Made by a program: the position numbers and the translations under genes. From positions 1 to 37,321 of the forward strand of contig MU626446.1 of assembly GCA_025603075.1 (NCBI GenBank): DNA of 37,321 nucleotides, written 5' to 3'. The stretch's first letter is position 1, and every line of letters starts with the position of its first letter. The notes beneath the pieces were generated by a model. That model saw only the letters and a program-made list of their open reading frames with translations. It searched no databases and was not told the origin of the DNA. Shown in pieces: positions 33,408 to 37,321 of this stretch. The DNA is from Neoconidiobolus thromboides FSU 785 (lineage: Eukaryota > Fungi > Entomophthoromycota).

Positions 33408-33480
33408 AAAAGCTTTTAAACGAAAGACTTTTAAGAGAACGACTTTCTAAAAGAAAAACTTTTTAGAGGAAAGATTTTTT
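33408..33480 (+). repeat. Degenerate ~15-16-bp tandem repeat, about 5 units (AAAGACTTTTAAGAG-like)
   Basis: Units AAAAGCTTTTAAACG / AAAGACTTTTAAGAG / AACGACTTTCTAAAAG / AAAAACTTTTTAGAGG / AAAGATTTTTT overlap the stop and 3' UTR of the DUF3020-like gene. Confidence 0.55.
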
Positions 33481-34123
33481 ACAGACATATTGTGCGCCTT
33501 TAAAGTTCCAATCGTTTAAAATACGTTGGATAGTAAGGTCTACGCTTGATGTTGTTTTTGGCTCCAAAAGTAACGATTTATCAACTTGTTTAGATCCAAC
33601 TATGAAATAAAATTAGCAATGAATTTTTTATAATAAAGGCATGTACCATTTAGAACTGAATCTAAAGTAGGAAGGTTACATTCTAGATTTTTAGATTCGA
33701 TATTAAAATCGATTTCTTTATTACTATGCAAAGTTTTGCAATGCCCCTTTTTTAACTCCCTTAATCTACGTCTTTCGTTACGGCGTTTAATTTCAAGTTC
33801 AATAAATTGTCTTTTTTCAATAGAGTCATTAGGACCGAAACGCTCTTTAGCAACTCTGTATACACGACATCTAGTGTCATTTTCTTTATCTAAAACAATG
33901 AATAAATGATCAAAATGAACTTGATTGAATAGTTACTTTTTTCTTTATTTAGTGCCCGCCATTTTCTCATTCTTTCAGCAGTTTCTTTTCTTTTGGTTGG
34001 GTTTTTTTGATGACCATCTTCTTTATCACCAGTTATTGGTGACGTTGGTAATGAACTATGACTAGTACTGGTATGTATACTCATACTTAATATTGGTGTC
34101 TTTATTGATTTAGCATTACGCAT
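33463..34123 (-). CDS. DUF3020-like basic-helix protein; 3 exons
   Basis: Intron 33936-33890 gives KRKETAERMRKWRALNKEKNKENDTRCRVYRVAKERFGPNDSIEKRQFIELEIKRRNERR, the DUF3020 pattern. A second GTACAT...TTTCATAG intron extends the frame to ...YVCKKSFL* at 33463. The start could also be ATG 34087. Confidence 0.75.
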
Positions 34124-35537
34124 TAATCCTAAATTGAATACATTAGTTACTTGTCAATTAAAAGTAAATAGCAATTACCATTGTCTTGATATAAAGTATC
34201 TCTTATGAATGAACGACAATTTTCCATAATATTATTATTATCAAAATAATAATGAAATTATTCTATTTCTTTAGTGACAGAAAAGAATTAGTTGTATAAA
34301 AAGTAAATGAAAGCGATATTGATAAGGTTAAATATTATAAGTCTAAATTCTAAATGATCAACTTTTGAAAATATATTGTTGATCAATATATACAAAAATT
34401 ATAAAAATTGATCCTAATAAAAATCATCAATGACTTGGTTTTATACTTTATATAATTTAACAAAAAATACTTAAAAACATTATTCCAATTTGATACATTT
34501 CATTATAACAAGTTGATGACTATTATATTAACTTTTTAAAGTTAATCCTTTTTATAGAACTCGTTTTTATTTCAATATTTATTCTTTATCATTCCCCCTA
34601 CATAGTCAGTCTATTAACAAATTGGGGTAATTTATTTGAATTCAACTTGATAAACTTAATTAAAACGTTTCATATCGTAGAAATATACTTAATTTAAGGA
34701 TTTCATTGGCTTAATGTTCCTGCCTTCTTTTTGTTTTATATTAATTTATTATTGGCTTTTATTCTACCCCTTTTTTTTCCTTTGATCAGGGGTTTTTACA
34801 GTTAAATTTACTACAATGAATCCACTTTTGAAAATAGCTGTAAACTTTTGCCTATAATTCACTTTTGTATACCAGATTTAATTCTTTAGATTGTTTTGGG
34901 TAGTAACAATTAATAAAGGATATGGGTTATAGACTTTGAAATTATCTAAGCCAAATTTATTTTATAGTATAACTTCCTTATAAAGATTTAGTCTTTCTTT
35001 ATCTCAACACTAAACTTAGTATAACTAACTTTTTAAATTGCCCTCATTTTAACAATATAGGTTTTATTTAGCCTTGAAAAATGACTTATACATCAAGATG
35101 AAACATAAATAGACTTTAAAGCTTTATAATATATAACTAAATTTAAATATTAAAGCAATTATTAATAATATAAATAAGCAGTGTTTTTAAAACATAAAAT
35201 TTACTTTATGAGGTTATTGAATTATATGGTATAGTAAGTTGTAGCCCAATAAGTTACTCGATTTATTTTAAAAGTAATTAACAATTTTTAGTTATTTTTA
35301 GGAATAAAAATAGTAATTTACCTTAATAAAATTTATTTTTAAATATTTTCCATCCTTTTACCTTATTACAGCTCGTATTAGGGCTAAATCTATAGCTTTA
35401 GTCAAATTTTGTATGGTAAAGGGTATATAAAACAGTTTCTTTAAAGTCAAAAGACTATATTTTAAATTACGCTTTTTAATTAAAACTTGATAACTATATT
35501 ATCATAACTTAACTAATAATAGTAAATAGATACTTTG

Positions 35538-35568
35538 TTTTTATTTTATTTTATTTTATTATTTATTT
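35538..35568 (+). repeat. (TTTTA)n microsatellite
   Basis: Directly visible tandem pentamers in intergenic DNA. Confidence 0.7.
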
Positions 35569-35871
35569 GCCAAATAATGACTTAATGTAATTCAAAACAT
35601 GAACTTCAATATTTCTAAACTTTTATTGCATTTATCAATATACAATCATTGGATTAAAGTAATATTTGAAATTATTATTACTTTACTTTAGTATTATGGA
35701 TTTATTTATTTTATTATTTTAATTATTAGAGTAATTACAATAAATATATTATTTGATTGTAATAAGCCTATTTAATATTAATTCATCTAAATAGAAACAA
35801 ATTAGATATAATAAAGAAACCATATTGAATTGTTTTATGACTTAAAGTAATTAATATACAATATTTTTATT

Positions 35872-35977
35872 ATATGAGGATGCATTTCTGTGTTTAAAAA
35901 TTTTACTACCAAATTTTCCACTCAAATAGTGCTTAAAAGATGGAAAAAGTGATAAAGTTAAAAAAACACCTCTATAT
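35872..35977 (-). mobile_element. ~105-bp dispersed repeat, copy E (inverted)
   Basis: ATATGAGGATGCATTTCTGTG...TTCCACTCAAATAGTGCTTAAAAGATGG...AAAAAAACACCTCTATAT; the core is identical to copy A. Confidence 0.8.
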
Positions 35978-37217
35978 CATGGATATAGTTAAAAAACATT
36001 GAGACAGACTGAAGCAAAAAAAATTTAATAACGATTTAGAACAAAAGTGAACAAAATTGAAAATTTTTCTAATATTGTTTTAGATTTTATTTATTTGCTA
36101 AAAATTGTATTATTTTTTACTCCGATTTGTTGAAATTTTTCTTTACTATATCCGTAGTGTAATATAAATACTAAATTAATAAATAAAAACTGATCATACT
36201 TTGAATTGTAAAATATTGCTTTGTCAGCTCCATGATTGATTATAACATATAAATTATAACCAAATTAATTATAAGACTATAATTAGTTTTATAAACAAAT
36301 TAAGTGATTATTACATTATAACTAATTATAAAGCTGATAAAGCGATACATTACAGTATAAATATGAATTAAATTTTAAAACTATTTTTATTAAATTTTTA
36401 ATAAAAATACCCAGTTATAAAACGGTATTAAAAAGTTCTAATAAAATAAAAATATTCAGTTTAGCTGAGATTAAAGCAATATAAATAAACAGAGTAAAAA
36501 TAAGTTATAAAATTAAACATAGTTTAAAGAAAAATCAAATATTTAAATATATTTTAAAGCTATTTAAACTCAAACCTAAATTTAAAAATAAGCTTTTTTT
36601 TAATAACAAATTATTATGTATAATACTGTACTATTGTAGGCTATATTGCTTAAGTATCAATGTTTATTTGATACTGTTTATACTTAATTTATTGATATAA
36701 ATTATTAATATTTGATAACTGATGTAATACTACTTTATTTTAAAGTTTTATATAATATTTAATATATAGGCTTTGTTTTAATGAAAACAATAAAACAAGT
36801 TCATAATAATGTAAATAAACGAATAAATAAAAAGTAATGTAAAAATACTTATCATTGTTTATTTAAACAAATATCTTTTTTTAAAAATATACTCTTTAAG
36901 TAGGAGTTATTAATTTAAAAGATAGTTAAAAAATGAAAATACTATAAAATTATTTTATCATTAAAATATTAACACTAAAATAATTATAAAATATTATTTT
37001 CTTTACTTGTATAGGATTTTTAGATGGAAAATAATTAAATTACTTAAGTATACAGGTGTAAGAGGAAATACCAATAGATATTATGGGGGTGATATAAAAA
37101 ACAATAAAAATAATAAAATTTATTAAAAGTATAAATAATTAACTTCAAAGGCGAAACCAGTTGTTTTTGATTTAATTTTGTACTTTATCATTAATGTTTT
37201 TATTTAATCCTGATAAC

Positions 37218-37321
37218 ATTTGGGGATGTATTTTTGTGTTTAAGAATTTTGCTAACAAATTTTCGCTTTAAATAGTACTTAAAAAATGGAAAAATAATGG
37301 AGTCAAAAAAAACACTCCCAT
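37218..37321 (-). mobile_element. ~105-bp dispersed repeat, copy F (inverted, reaches the window end)
   Basis: TTTGGGGATGTATTTTTGTG...AAATAGTACTTAAAAAATGG...CAAAAAAAACACTCCCAT. Confidence 0.8.

Noticed and set aside
34365-34392. ATATATTG...CAATATAT inverted repeat
   Set aside because: Expected by chance in DNA this AT-rich; no associated element.

Overview
AT-rich eukaryotic genomic DNA with many short (about 45-75 nt) GT-AG introns, so most ORF-track entries are exon fragments. Gene content and composition suggest an early-diverging fungus, possibly Zoopagomycota/Entomophthorales-like (inference only). In order, I reconstruct: a 5'-truncated GH72+X8 beta-1,3-glucanosyltransferase; an intronless arylamine N-acetyltransferase; an orphan ORF pair; RPC34 head-to-head with RTR1/RPAP2; cytosolic TrpRS; an NSUN3/4-like m5C methyltransferase; PEX3; SSL1 (TFIIH p44); a fungal TF-like protein that needs a 13-nt microexon; a CYSTM protein; a KIN1/MARK kinase; cyclin L; a Uds1-domain protein; a 551-aa orphan; and a DUF3020-like protein. 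The clearest unexplained structure is a ~105-bp dispersed element with imperfect terminal inverted repeats, present in six copies in the AT-rich intergenic tracts (MITE-like or a tiny solo LTR). Other notable items are a Gas/Gel protein ending in a basic Cys-containing tail instead of a GPI signal, the ATGA-overlapping orphan ORFs, and a shared AAACTGCGAWTTTTT upstream motif. I found no rRNA, tRNA or CRISPR array.
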